IMG/VR virus record: IMGVR_UViG_3300025600_000023
Coordinates: 1 to 53,733 of that record
Source: a virus
Lineage: Duplodnaviria > Caudoviricetes
DNA length: 53,733 bases
Reading direction: 5' to 3' (one strand)
Both the position numbers and the translations under genes were made by a program. This document shows, one piece after another, positions 8,763 to 18,793 of this stretch (positions are counted from its first letter, which is position 1; every line of letters begins with the position of its first letter). Under the pieces are notes generated by a model. It was not told the DNA's origin. It saw only the letters and a program-made list of their open reading frames with translations, and did not search any database.

Positions 8763-9265
8763 ATCCGCTAGACGGCTACAAGTTCGAGGCTGTCGAATCC
8801 GCCAACCCCGGTCGGTCCGACCCCATTGTTCTGGTGCTGGGTCGCAAAGGAGACCAAGGAATAAAGGTGCCGGGTGTGTCCGTCCTGAAACAGCAAGCCT
8901 GGTCCCAATCCGGTAGGCACTTTCACATCTTCGACACGCACGTTGAAGAGATCAGTCCAGGCGATTTCGGTCGATACGTCTCTTTCGGTGAGACAAAAAA
9001 TGGCCTTAGTGACTGGGGCGCGAGCCGCCCGCTCGTTTTGCCAAACTATGACGTGATCCAGCCCATCGCCTGCGAGCAATCCCGGCGCAACTACGAGGAA
9101 TACTGCCTCTTGCGCATCGAGTGCGGCTTCGACGAATCGCCAGGAATGACATCCGCCGTCTGGTGCAATTGCTCACTTGAATCGCAGGCAGACATGTTGG
9201 AACAGATGCGTGTCGGCGCTGCCGCGCATGGCAAGTACGTCAAGACGCACGGCGAGGTTTGGTGA
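8756..9265 (+). CDS. Hypothetical protein (ends HGEVW)
   Basis: Start overlaps the previous stop. Confidence 0.55.
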   Translation: MVNPLDGYKFEAVESANPGRSDPIVLVLGRKGDQGIKVPGVSVLKQQAWSQSGRHFHIFDTHVEEISPGDFGRYVSFGETKNGLSDWGASRPLVLPNYDVIQPIACEQSRRNYEEYCLLRIECGFDESPGMTSAVWCNCSLESQADMLEQMRVGAAAHGKYVKTHGEVW

Positions 9266-9643
9266 CGACAAAAAAAGTCAGCCTTTACCGACGACTATCA
9301 GGAGTATCTGTGGTTGGGAGCCGGAGTATAAGAGGTCCGCTGCCGAGGTCTGGCCTGGAAATATAAGAGGTGTTGTCGGAGGGTCGGAAGTAGGAAGGCA
9401 GGGCCTCCGAGCATTCGGTGTGGTTCTAAGACTATTACCTTTAGCGCAAACGATATAAACGGTTTATCACATTCGAGCGCGACACGTTAGCGCGATATGC
9501 GCTAACACTATGCGACGAGACGAAACGCACATAAGCAACGCTAGAGGGCTTTAAATCGTTTGGGTGATATGATGGTATAGGTTAGCATCATTCAACGCAG
9601 CATAGCGCGATTCTGTACGCTGCATGCTCAAACGACGCACGTT

Positions 9644-9666
9644 AAAAAGCCCGCTTTCGCGGGCTT
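9644..9666 (-). terminator. Intrinsic terminator
   Basis: AAGCCCGC-GAAA-GCGGGCTT plus T-run on minus strand. Confidence 0.8.
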
Positions 9667-9689
9667 GTCGTTTAAACGATGTAAATCGT

Positions 9690-10355
9690 TTATTCTGTTT
9701 CTACCTCTTCGTCGGTCTGCTCGTTCGCATCAAGCTTGAACAGTTCGCGAAGCTGCGCGACCTTAGCAGCATCAAGGGTTAGCGTCTGATTACGTGCGCC
9801 CTTGATCAGATCAGCGAGACCGAGAATGCGAGCAAGTTCTGACGTGCTAGACTTTTGCGTCAGAGCAGTGCTAAGGGCAACCCCAGCGCGTGACTTCATG
9901 ACTTCGTTTGTATTCAGATCAACACGACGCGATAAGCTTGCTAACTGACCATCGCGTGATAGCGCGTTATTATTATAGAGCGCATTGTTGATAATCGAAG
10001 CGGTATAAGGGTCGATTTTTGCGAGACCGTTCAAGTCGCGCTGTGCAAGGGCTTGAATCATTTTGATGATTTTGTCTGCTGCATACACTGCAACAAAATT
10101 CGACTTAGCTGCTTTGTCGCAATTCGCTGCAATTGCTGCAAATTGATCAACAGAAACTACGCTTTTAACCGCGTCAATTGCTACCGCATAATTAGCGGTT
10201 TCGACCGTTTTTGCATAGCGCGTGAAACGCTCTACCTGACCTTGCTCGGGATACCCTGCGGTAACACGTTCTGCGCAGAATGCAGCGCGAGTTTTGAATG
10301 CAGCAACAAGGGAAGCTTGAAGGGAAAGGGCAATTTTCGAAATACGCTTAGACAT
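9690..10355 (-). CDS. Hypothetical early protein inside the motif-depleted zone
   Basis: RBS GGGAG, own promoter and terminator, atypical codon usage, no Trp. Confidence 0.75.
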   Translation of the reverse strand: MSKRISKIALSLQASLVAAFKTRAAFCAERVTAGYPEQGQVERFTRYAKTVETANYAVAIDAVKSVVSVDQFAAIAANCDKAAKSNFVAVYAADKIIKMIQALAQRDLNGLAKIDPYTASIINNALYNNNALSRDGQLASLSRRVDLNTNEVMKSRAGVALSTALTQKSSTSELARILGLADLIKGARNQTLTLDAAKVAQLRELFKLDANEQTDEEVETE

Positions 10356-10423
10356 GGTAAAACTCCCAAAGGGCGCAGTCATATGACCGCTAGTCGCTGC
10401 ACCGAACCCGATGCAGTAACGCT

Positions 10424-10452
10424 ATATTAAGTCACCGGCGACTTATTAGCAA
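10424..10452 (-). promoter_or_regulatory. Sigma70-like promoter with the repeat motif in the spacer
   Basis: TTGCTA-17 bp-TAATAT; motif at 10432-10445. Confidence 0.65.
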
Positions 10453-11069
10453 GGTATGACTAGATAAAATGTGATGAATCTTTTATTACAGTCGATATAG
10501 TTCTTTTGTACTACGTCGGGCGCAGAATCGTTTATACGATATAAACGAAATACCCGAATGCCCTGCCCGGTCCTATCTCGGTCCATGGCATCAACCTGGA
10601 CAACTCCACGATCCGAGATTCCACGGCTTGGAGAGGAAAATCCATGAAAATAATGCAGCCAAAGACGCCGAAAACTTTCCAATAAAGTGCCGTCTTGGTT
10701 GCCGAGCGGAGAATCCACGGCAAAGGTGCAGCCTGCGACGGCGCCGCTGTTCTGGCGCTAGGCTTGTTCAGGCAACTACAGGAGATCCGGGATGCTGGCG
10801 CGTCTTCTGGCCACGTTGATACGACGCACCCGCTCCTGCTCGCGACACAGCTCTCCGAAGCGTTCCAACTCCTTCAATGCTTCGTCCTGCTCGTCGAGTT
10901 CAGCGAGGTCCGCACGCTCGATGGTGGGTTCCAGTGCGTGTGGGCAATGCGTGACGCCCGAGGGTTGTTTGGATGCGGTGTGAAGCGTTTGCGTAGCGTG
11001 CATGATGGTTCCTATGAGGTGGGTTTGCATTGGGTGAAGCAGTGAATACTTCCTCACCCGTGACTGATG

Positions 11070-11192
11070 CTAATGGATGAAGCGATCCCAGACCAATCCG
11101 ATGCGCTGAAATTCAAAGTAGTGAGGCGTACCGTCGCACAGACTGACGAAATCGCGATCCTTACAGGTGTTGATCTGATCTTGAATGAACAT
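11070..11192 (-). CDS. Microprotein paralog B (40 aa)
   Basis: RBS AAGGA; MFIQDQINTCKDRDFVSLCDGTPHYFEFQRIGLVWDRFIH. Confidence 0.65.
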   Translation of the reverse strand: MFIQDQINTCKDRDFVSLCDGTPHYFEFQRIGLVWDRFIH

Positions 11193-11202
11193 GATGATTT
11201 CC

Positions 11203-11334
11203 TTAGTGGGTCCAGCGGGTCCAGAGGTGCGCCCACATCGCTCGCGGAAGCTTGGATAGGTCATCGCACTCGTTGAGCCAATCCCGGTGACAGGATTCGT
11301 TGATCTGGTCTTGGATGAACATCGGGTTAAACAC
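11203..11334 (-). CDS. Microprotein paralog A (39-43 aa)
   Basis: RBS AAGGAG; (MFNP)MFIQDQINESCHRDWLNECDDLSKLPRAMWAHLWTRWTH. Confidence 0.65.
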   Translation of the reverse strand: MFNPMFIQDQINESCHRDWLNECDDLSKLPRAMWAHLWTRWTH

Positions 11335-11555
11335 TTGAATCTCCTTCGGTTGTTCGTTGCACATGCAACAGAACCGATATTACCGAGCGCGACCAGGCAC
11401 CGAGCTGGACAACAAGGTTTGTCCATGGCCTCAAGGTGGAGCTTTAAGGCGGCCTGTAGGCGATGATGTTGCCTTGGCCTGATGTGGATGATGTTGGCTG
11501 TTCCGTGGCCGGTGTTGAATGCTTTTAAGACAGGCTCGAAGCCTGTCTTGGGTGC

Positions 11556-12020
11556 TTAGATCGACGATTCAAGTCCTTCTTCGTCGATGTAGCGCAGTCC
11601 GGTTACATCACCAAAATATACAGACTGTCCGAATACAGTGTGGTAGTGCATATATTCTTCGTCGTAGTCAAGATTCTCCTGAGAAATCGCTTCTTCGACA
11701 ATGTAGCGCGGGTTATAGTGATTTCCTATCGCTACGACCAGATCGCTATGCTCTTTATTGAAAGCGGGATCAACTCCTTCACTTTCAACAACGTTCGTAT
11801 TTCTATTGACGGATCGGTAAAATAATGTTGTTTCCGAACCTGATTTGCAAATTTCATACGTGCATATATCATCTCGTACATAACAACATTCGAAGAGCGG
11901 AGTTACTTTCAAGGACTTGGTTGCTTGTTCTCTGCTAAACACGACATTCCCCTTGGTGAATTGTTTGTCGAACTCGACAAATTCATTTTGACGATCTGAA
12001 GAAGGCACTTTACTGGACAA
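11556..12020 (-). CDS. AT-rich hypothetical protein
   Basis: 154-aa ORF in a low-GC patch; start uncertain. Confidence 0.45.
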   Translation of the reverse strand: MSSKVPSSDRQNEFVEFDKQFTKGNVVFSREQATKSLKVTPLFECCYVRDDICTYEICKSGSETTLFYRSVNRNTNVVESEGVDPAFNKEHSDLVVAIGNHYNPRYIVEEAISQENLDYDEEYMHYHTVFGQSVYFGDVTGLRYIDEEGLESSI

Positions 12021-12120
12021 CTTAATTATCCTGCGAAGTTCATAATCTAGGCATTCATTCGTTGTCCAGTGAAGCGCCTATTACTACAGGTAATAATGAA
12101 TTTCACTAAACGAGGTCATC

Positions 12121-12276
12121 ATGAAAACCTACTTAATTTATATGCGTCGCGGTAACTCCACCGATGTCACGGATTTTAAGAAAGTTACCATTCAAGGAAA
12201 AGACCGCAGTAAAGCAATAAGAATCGCAGAAGCGATGAACCCAGGATTTAAGGCAGAATCCGCAATAGGCATTTAA
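12121..12276 (+). CDS. 51-aa basic protein in the AT-rich patch
   Basis: RBS GAGGT; MKTYLIYMRRGNSTDVTDFKKVTIQGKDRSKAIRIAEAMNPGFKAESAIGI. Confidence 0.6.
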   Translation: MKTYLIYMRRGNSTDVTDFKKVTIQGKDRSKAIRIAEAMNPGFKAESAIGI

Positions 12277-13024
12277 CTCAAACCGAAGTTATTGCCTGTC
12301 TGAAATTCTCACTTTGCGATCCGACAAGTCAGGTTAATCACTTTGCTAATCATTAAAAGCCATGGACGTTTCACTCGCCAGAAGGAGGCAGGAATCTGCC
12401 TCGTGGATCTGACCTAGAAGCCTTCGTTGATCCTGATCACCCGGTCAGGCATACGGCGTTGCGCGGCGCGATTTTTCCTGCTCTTCCTGCTCTCGCGAAA
12501 ATCCAGGTAATCCATGCCGGCAAGGATGGCGAATGTTCCAGCGCCGACCATCCCGACATAGGCGAAGTAAAGGATCATGATGTTCATTTGGCTTCCTTCG
12601 GAGTGGTTGGCTTCAGGTTGCGCTGGATGGCCCGCTTGATGGCCGCGACCGGATCGTAGGTGGCGTTCATTCGGCGACCTCGCCCTGGAGGATCAGCTTG
12701 ATGAACTTGTTGGCGTGGGTGTAAGTGCGGAACACGCCAACCCAATTCGAGTTCTCGTCAAAGACGGTGCAACCGTCTGCGCCACATTGAATGGTGTATT
12801 TCATGGCTAAACCCTCGTAGGAAGACGGTCAAAGACGGCGGCATAGGCGCAGACGAACGGCACCTTTTTCTTCTTGGCGTTGCGCAGCGCGGCGTACCAG
12901 CCCCAGCAATGAATATTCCTTCGCAACTGTCTGACGAGATCCATCTCTTGCTCCCGGTAATCACTGCGAACATGCAGTGACTTCATTATTCAGTACTGAC
13001 TGAGGCATTTTTGCGTGTACACAC

Positions 13025-13322
13025 GGAAAAGAGGGTTTGTCCTGCTGCCCGCTCCCGTAAAGTTAGGCGTGACCACCCCTACCCTTCAGCCAAGAAGGTG
13101 GGACGGATTGCGTTAGGCCCCGAAGGGAGTTCCTGACTTGCATGAAGGGAGCCTATCCCCTCCTGCCCTCGACCCCAGGAATCACACACGGTCGCCAAAG
13201 TTTTACGGAGTTGCACCGCCTTGCATCACGAGCCAAGGAGTTTGGTAGGACATTTCTTTCCGACGACCATCCTGGGTCTCATAGGCTTAAGGCGGGAAGT
13301 GCCTGCACCCGAAGGTGCAAGC
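13025..13322 (-). ncRNA. Candidate ~300-nt structured ncRNA
   Basis: Promoter TTGCAC-18-TATAAT (13325-13354); 5' UUCG hairpin, nested stems, possible pseudoknot; no credible ORF. Confidence 0.55.
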
Positions 13323-13331
13323 GAATTATAG

Positions 13332-13580
13332 TCAGGAGTGAGTTATCTGTGCAAGCGAATTAACGTGGCGATCACAGTCGGCCCAGGCTTCACCGATGGT
13401 GTCTGAGGTTCCCCAATCCTGGAAGTCGTCGGAGTGACGGTGCATCCAGCGATACTGACCTTCAAACTCAGGCCCGTGGGTGTCACCCATGTTCTGGACG
13501 TAATACCCGAGGGCGACGAGTTCAGGGATGCGCTTGGCGGCAGCGATGCGTGCATTGAGAAGGGCTGTAGCGATGCTCAT
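13332..13580 (-). CDS. Hypothetical protein
   Basis: RBS AAGGA, start MSIATALL. Confidence 0.6.
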   Translation of the reverse strand: MSIATALLNARIAAAKRIPELVALGYYVQNMGDTHGPEFEGQYRWMHRHSDDFQDWGTSDTIGEAWADCDRHVNSLAQITHS

Positions 13581-13714
13581 GATGCTTTCCTTGTGGTGGT
13601 TGAGGTGACGAGTCATCATACCCAGCCGGGTGTGGCGGTGAGGTGGAGAACAGCGCCGCGCCACGGACATTCCGAGGCTGTGCCGTGGCTTCTCCTGTGC
13701 CTGTGTTTCGCCTG

Positions 13715-13810
13715 AAGTGGGGAATTGCTACCAAATTCCACGGCTTTTCCGTGGCAAAGTGGGGAATGGCTTCAACTGACCCTCGGGCCAATAAAGCCAA
13801 AGTGGGGAAT
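13715..13810. repeat. Three phased direct repeats AAGTGGGGAAT
   Basis: Exact copies at 13715, 13757 and 13800 (spacing 42 and 43 bp). Confidence 0.8.
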
Positions 13811-14236
13811 CCACACCAAATACCGCCATGTGGCGATCAGAACGATCAGCCGGTGTCCGAGCTATACTCCAAGCATGAATCCCGTGTGCGCGAAAAACTT
13901 GGAAAGCAATGCGGCCAGCCGTGGCGTTTCCTGCTTTGGCCACGGAGTTTGGTGTGCGCGTGTGAAGGTCTCCGCGTCCGCTGTGTCAGTGGTGGCAAGG
14001 AATGTGGCGACAGGAGTGGTTGTAGGCGCTGTGGTTGATGTCCTGGTCGGTGGGCTGCCGGGAATGTAAGGAATGGTTGGGAAGTGTGGCGCGAAAGGGG
14101 TAGCCAATACATTCGGGCCAAAACTCTTATACCTTCCACAGTCATACAGTCTCGCGGTTACACCTCCCACAGCACACCGCTCTACGCCATACCTTTCTCA
14201 GTCACGCCGCCCTACCCTCCACAACCATACCTGACG

Positions 14237-14470
14237 TCACCAGTCGCCTCCTTTCGTCACAGGCTTGTCGTTGCCCTTTCCGTTCATCGTCACGAGCAAT
14301 CCGATCATCTGTGACTCTTCCGCGATAACCTCCTCATTCTCGCCGTTGGGACTTGCTGCGATCCGCTCATCCAGGAAAGTTACTGCTCCGCTGCCTGGGC
14401 CGAAGAAGACTGTGGCCAGCTTCCTGTAGTTACCCAGCGTCGAATCATCGCCTGTACTCAGTTTCATCAT
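14237..14470 (-). CDS. Hypothetical protein (ends GGDW)
   Basis: ORF with RBS AAGGA. Confidence 0.6.
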   Translation of the reverse strand: MMKLSTGDDSTLGNYRKLATVFFGPGSGAVTFLDERIAASPNGENEEVIAEESQMIGLLVTMNGKGNDKPVTKGGDW

Positions 14471-14624
14471 GTCGCTTATCCTTATCTATTCACGTTGCGG
14501 TGACATCCATTGCCGGTACTGACGTTTGAGCGTTTCCATCTATTCACGAATCTATTCACCACCTTCCACAACATGCGACTTCAGTCTCTACAGCCGTATC
14601 CTTCCCTGCTCTCCTGTCAGCCTT

Positions 14625-14846
14625 CTACCACACCACCTCCTCTATGGTTGTCGGAATGTCTTGGCTTGTTGGTGACGATTCCAGTCTGCAATACCTATTT
14701 TCGTCCGATGGTCTGACCGCAAAGCCTTCCCCGACCGTTTTCGACCATGTTCCGTCACCACCCTGAAACTGATCGTCCCAGCGTAGCTTCTCGCCTGCGT
14801 ATAGCCTGCGATACCCGTTCGGTAGTGTGCCGATCTTTGTTTTCAC
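14625..14846 (-). CDS. Hypothetical protein (ends EEVVW)
   Basis: GTGA-coupled ORF. Confidence 0.5.
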   Translation of the reverse strand: MKTKIGTLPNGYRRLYAGEKLRWDDQFQGGDGTWSKTVGEGFAVRPSDENRYCRLESSPTSQDIPTTIEEVVW

Positions 14847-15510
14847 CGGCGCCGCTCCATAATCTCTTTGGCGAGTTTGAGGGCTTCCGTGCGGGTCATA
14901 AGCGGGAAATGCTCCTGAAGGCTCTTGGCGAACCTGGACTCTTCGTTGGCGTTGTGCGCAGCAATCTTGTCCTGAAGATTGCGAAAGTTTTCGGTCGTCA
15001 TTTGTAGGGCCTTTTCGTGGTTTCCCAATCCTCTTTGCTGAACTCGCGGAAGCCCGGAATGAATGGGTCGTTCGGCTCGTCCTCGATCATGGTTTGGTCG
15101 ATCTGAATGCTGAAATAATCCATCCTTGAGTCGGGCTGGTGCGCGGTATGGCTTGGTGAAAACCTCGGAGCGGCGGTTATCATTTCTTGGTCCTGTGATT
15201 GTTCATCTATGACTTATTCTGACAGTCTGAGCTAGGCGCGGTGTGGTCGCTTACTGGAAAACGCTGCAATCGCGTTTTAAGCGTCGGAAAGCTGTTTCTG
15301 AGGTACGGGTATCGGTGCGGTCGTTTTAACGCAGGCCAGCGCTGTTCTGTGCGCTTCCTGATGGGTTTCGGGGTGTCGATTCTTGCGGGTTGCATGGGCG
15401 ACGTACGCGGAATAATGGCGACATAGACGCATGCTGGTTTTCGGATCGGCAAAAGGCGTTTATTTGCCTTTATAATCAGTGTGTTATCCATGGCGGCTTA
15501 AAGGATGAAT

Positions 15511-15536
15511 AAAAGGACGCGAAATTACGTCCTTTT
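15511..15536. terminator. Bidirectional intrinsic terminator
   Basis: AAAAGGACG...CGTCCTTTT. Confidence 0.7.
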
Positions 15537-15546
15537 GTAACGAAAT

Positions 15547-15954
15547 TCAGGCTTCGGCTTCGAGCTTGGCGCAGTACGGATCGACCTGCTCGGTCATGAC
15601 CTTCTCGAAGTCGTCCATCGTGTGCGTGCTTCCGCAACTGTGGTCACAGATGGCGTCCCAACCGTCATTACCCAGGACGATGAAAACCCAGTGCATCTTG
15701 CCTTTGCTGCCACAATTCTTGCGGAAGTAGATGCGGGCCTCATCGACCGCGAACACCGCGTCCATTGCCTCAGTTTCGTTCGGATTGAGCGTGTCCTTAT
15801 CGCACTCGCCGCCATCATCAATAAGAACGACAATCCAGCCAGCCTTCTTCATTTCGCGGATCAGGTGGCGAACCACCTTGCGCTCGACTTCTTGGCGTTT
15901 TTCAAGATCAGTCACAGTGGCCACCTTCCGAATCGTAGCTGGCGATATGGGCAA
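15547..15954 (-). CDS. Hypothetical phage protein
   Basis: Host-like codon usage; true start may be slightly downstream. Confidence 0.65.
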   Translation of the reverse strand: MPISPATIRKVATVTDLEKRQEVERKVVRHLIREMKKAGWIVVLIDDGGECDKDTLNPNETEAMDAVFAVDEARIYFRKNCGSKGKMHWVFIVLGNDGWDAICDHSCGSTHTMDDFEKVMTEQVDPYCAKLEAEA

Positions 15955-16130
15955 TCTCTTTGCGCGTCATGTAGGAGCGCTCGCCGTTGCCCTTGTCGCC
16001 GCGACCGGGGTTATTGGCGGCGACTTCGAGAACTTTTTCGACTGACATTCCAGTACAGTTGTCTTCCGCTGATTTGATCATTTTGACATTGACTGCCTGC
16101 TTGATAGCGTTGCTCATGTCTTTCTCCTTG

Positions 16131-16397
16131 TTAGAACGCGTCGTAAAACCGCTCGTATTCGGACTCGCTCAGGATGTAGTTGCGAGCGTACGTCATCATT
16201 TCCTGATACGTCTGGTAGCGTTCGTGGTTGAGCCAGTCGGGCAGGTGCCCGAGTTCCAAGTGCCGCCGGTTGATTCTGGCAAAGCGCCCTGCAAGGTCGT
16301 CCAGCCCGAGACCTTGCGCTGCGGCGAGGTAGGCTGCGCCGTGATCGTTAATCGCGGTCAGCTCCGCGCAATGTTTCGTCAGCGCTTCGACATTCAT
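16131..16397 (-). CDS. Hypothetical protein
   Basis: Start MNVEAL, ATGA overlap. Confidence 0.6.
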   Translation of the reverse strand: MNVEALTKHCAELTAINDHGAAYLAAAQGLGLDDLAGRFARINRRHLELGHLPDWLNHERYQTYQEMMTYARNYILSESEYERFYDAF

Positions 16398-16768
16398 GCT
16401 GCCTCCTTGAAGTAGCCATAGGGAAGGTCGTTCTGGTAGCAGAAGAACTCCCAATCGCCATTGCAGTCCGACGCTTGCATGATCCAGCGCAGCGCGGTGG
16501 CACGATCCTTCGCACCCGCTGCGATCACGGCATCGACACCATGTTCGAAGGCGATGATGCCCTCGCGCTGAGTTTCCGCTTCGCGCTCGTTCGCGAGCTG
16601 GATCACGGCGCTGCAACCCTCGATCTGGGCCTGCAGCCACTCCACCGAATTCCACTGCTCGGTACTCATCCACCGAGGGCGAAACCCATACGCATCCTTG
16701 TGAGCGTCCGAGAAGGTGCTTTGCAGTTGCTCGACCTCGGACAGTTGATCCCATGTGCGGAACGTCAT
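16394..16768 (-). CDS. Conserved phage hypothetical protein
   Basis: SDAHKDAYGFRPR motif; RBS GGGAG. Confidence 0.7.
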   Translation of the reverse strand: MTFRTWDQLSEVEQLQSTFSDAHKDAYGFRPRWMSTEQWNSVEWLQAQIEGCSAVIQLANEREAETQREGIIAFEHGVDAVIAAGAKDRATALRWIMQASDCNGDWEFFCYQNDLPYGYFKEAA

Positions 16769-16856
16769 TTACTTCTCCCGTTGCGTTGTTTGATGAATTC
16801 ATTGTAAAGGTCTGATCGTGGAAACTCACTGCTGACTTAGGCGAACAGCGAAACGC

Positions 16857-17225
16857 CTACCAAGAATCAGGACGGTCGCGGAGGGTCTTTTTTAGCTCCG
16901 CGACCTCGCCTTGCAGCTTCTTGATCGCCTCCGTGAAAGTCTCTCGCCGCTGCACGCACAGCGCTTCGAAGTTCTTGTTCTTCCGCTCCAGCTCTGCAAC
17001 GAGGTCTTCCGAAATCTTCAGCTTGGTGGCCAGCTCGGGCGAATCCCCTTCCCTGAATCGCTCAATCTCCTCGTCGCGCTGCTCGACTTCCGCAATCGTC
17101 TGTTCTAGCCGCACCCAAAGCTCCAACAGCAGCGCATTGTCTGGTGCCGCCTGATAGACGAGCAGTTCCAGCTCCGCGTCCGAGCGACCGGGGTCTTGGC
17201 AGTTATCACTTCGCACACGAATCAT
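16857..17225 (-). CDS. Coiled-coil hypothetical protein (ends PDSW)
   Basis: TGATG-coupled ORF. Confidence 0.55.
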   Translation of the reverse strand: MIRVRSDNCQDPGRSDAELELLVYQAAPDNALLLELWVRLEQTIAEVEQRDEEIERFREGDSPELATKLKISEDLVAELERKNKNFEALCVQRRETFTEAIKKLQGEVAELKKTLRDRPDSW

Positions 17226-17786
17226 CACCAGTCTCCGCAGGTGGTTTTGGGTCGGTCCAGCGCCCTGATCCGACGAAACTCGCAGCGAGTCTTCCACTGT
17301 TCGCGCACCCAATCACGGTGCCACCGCAGGGCGAATTGCTCCTGGTATTCGCGCAGTTTCTTGGCTTTGCGAATGGCTGCAGATTCCGCCAGCGTCTTGA
17401 GGTGCTTGGCGCGGGCTTTGGCTTGACGACGGTTCATAGCGGAAGTCCCATAACGGCGCTCTGGTAGTTGGCGCAGCGGTCATTGAAGCACTTGCGTCTG
17501 TTTGAGTAGCTGTACTCAGACATGAGGCACAAGCAGCGTGGGCAGGCGTAGCGTCCGCGATAGAACCTCACGACGCCGCACCTTTCGCGATCCAGTCAGC
17601 TTGCTGCTGGTCGTGGATCTTCCGCAGCTCGTTCTCGCGCTTGGTGAAAGGCTTGCGCTTGCGGTCGGCTTCCGCCGCTGTCTTGCCTGAGCAGTTCGAC
17701 GCCGCGTTGTCCAGGTCGCGCAGAACCTTGCACTGTGCTGGCCAACCAAGCGCCGCGAACTCCTCGTTGGTGATGGTCGTCATGGC

Positions 17787-18080
17787 TTACCTGTAGAAAG
17801 TGGCGTGTTTGAAGGAATCTCGCACTTGGGCCTTCGCCTCTTCCCTCGACCGGGCGCGAATCCACATCTCGTTCTTCCACAGTGGGCCATCGCCCCAGGC
17901 TGCCCACATGGGATGTGATTGCCATTTTCCCCAATAGGCGCCGCCAGAATCGTAGCCGCCCTTGTCGATGCGGAGCTGAACCAGGTGGAACTTGATCGCC
18001 GCGTCAGGTTCCATGATCGAGTCGCGACGGCCCATACTGGACCCACGACTGTCGAAGGCTTTCGGGAGGCTGGGTTTCAT
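17787..18080 (-). CDS. Conserved phage hypothetical protein
   Basis: GSSMGR and GGYDSGGAYWG motifs. Confidence 0.65.
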   Translation of the reverse strand: MKPSLPKAFDSRGSSMGRRDSIMEPDAAIKFHLVQLRIDKGGYDSGGAYWGKWQSHPMWAAWGDGPLWKNEMWIRARSREEAKAQVRDSFKHATFYR

Positions 18081-18189
18081 TTCTTTTCCTTCGTCGCCAA
18101 AGGGAGCGGGATGCCAAACGGGAGCTTCTTTGGCCCGATCTGCAAATGCGACGGAATCGCCGCCTTCGTCTTCGCGTTGAGCAGACCCA

Positions 18190-18729
18190 TCACGCCACCT
18201 TCTGACTGTGGCGTGCGATCAGCGCGGCTTCGACTTGCTGGAGGTACTCGGTCGAATCGACACCCACCTCCACGACCTCGCGCTCATCCAGACAAGCGCG
18301 GTGGTTGGCGTGCTTCATGATCCACTTGATGCCTACCGCCTTGATGATTCGCTGCGCAAACTGCGCGTAGGTCGTCGGACGCCCGTAATCGGTTTCCATC
18401 TTTTCGAGCTTGGCATTGACCCGCTTCAAGAGCTTCGTGGCCCACTCCATTTCAGGCAGCTCCATCGCACCATAGGAGACCGAGTACCCGAACTTCAGGC
18501 AGTAGGGCTTCGGATCGTCCTTGTGACTTTCGCCACCGATCTGACAGGTGATCAGGAACTCGCCCTCGGGACGGAACCAGTATTTGCTCCGGTCGTGCAG
18601 GTTGCGAAAGCGGACGTTGATGTGACCGAAACCACCCTGCGTCCATTCCTCGACGTGAACATAGGCGTAGGGCAGATCGTCCTTGAAAATCTCTTTGGCG
18701 TTCATGACATTCTCCGTTGGCTGCAGCAA
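18190..18729 (-). CDS. Hypothetical protein
   Basis: ORF; probable start MNAKEIF after GGAG. Confidence 0.65.
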   Translation of the reverse strand: MLQPTENVMNAKEIFKDDLPYAYVHVEEWTQGGFGHINVRFRNLHDRSKYWFRPEGEFLITCQIGGESHKDDPKPYCLKFGYSVSYGAMELPEMEWATKLLKRVNAKLEKMETDYGRPTTYAQFAQRIIKAVGIKWIMKHANHRACLDEREVVEVGVDSTEYLQQVEAALIARHSQKVA

Positions 18730-18793
18730 ACGCGCTGCGATGTAGTGATTGTGCCCGCCGTTAGCAGGAACAAATACTCACTACTGACTTATC

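Noticed and set aside
13025-13322. RNase P or SRP RNA
   Set aside because: Only fragmentary resemblance (AAACTCC...GCAAGGC); the GAGGAAAGTCC and SRP helix-8 cores are absent
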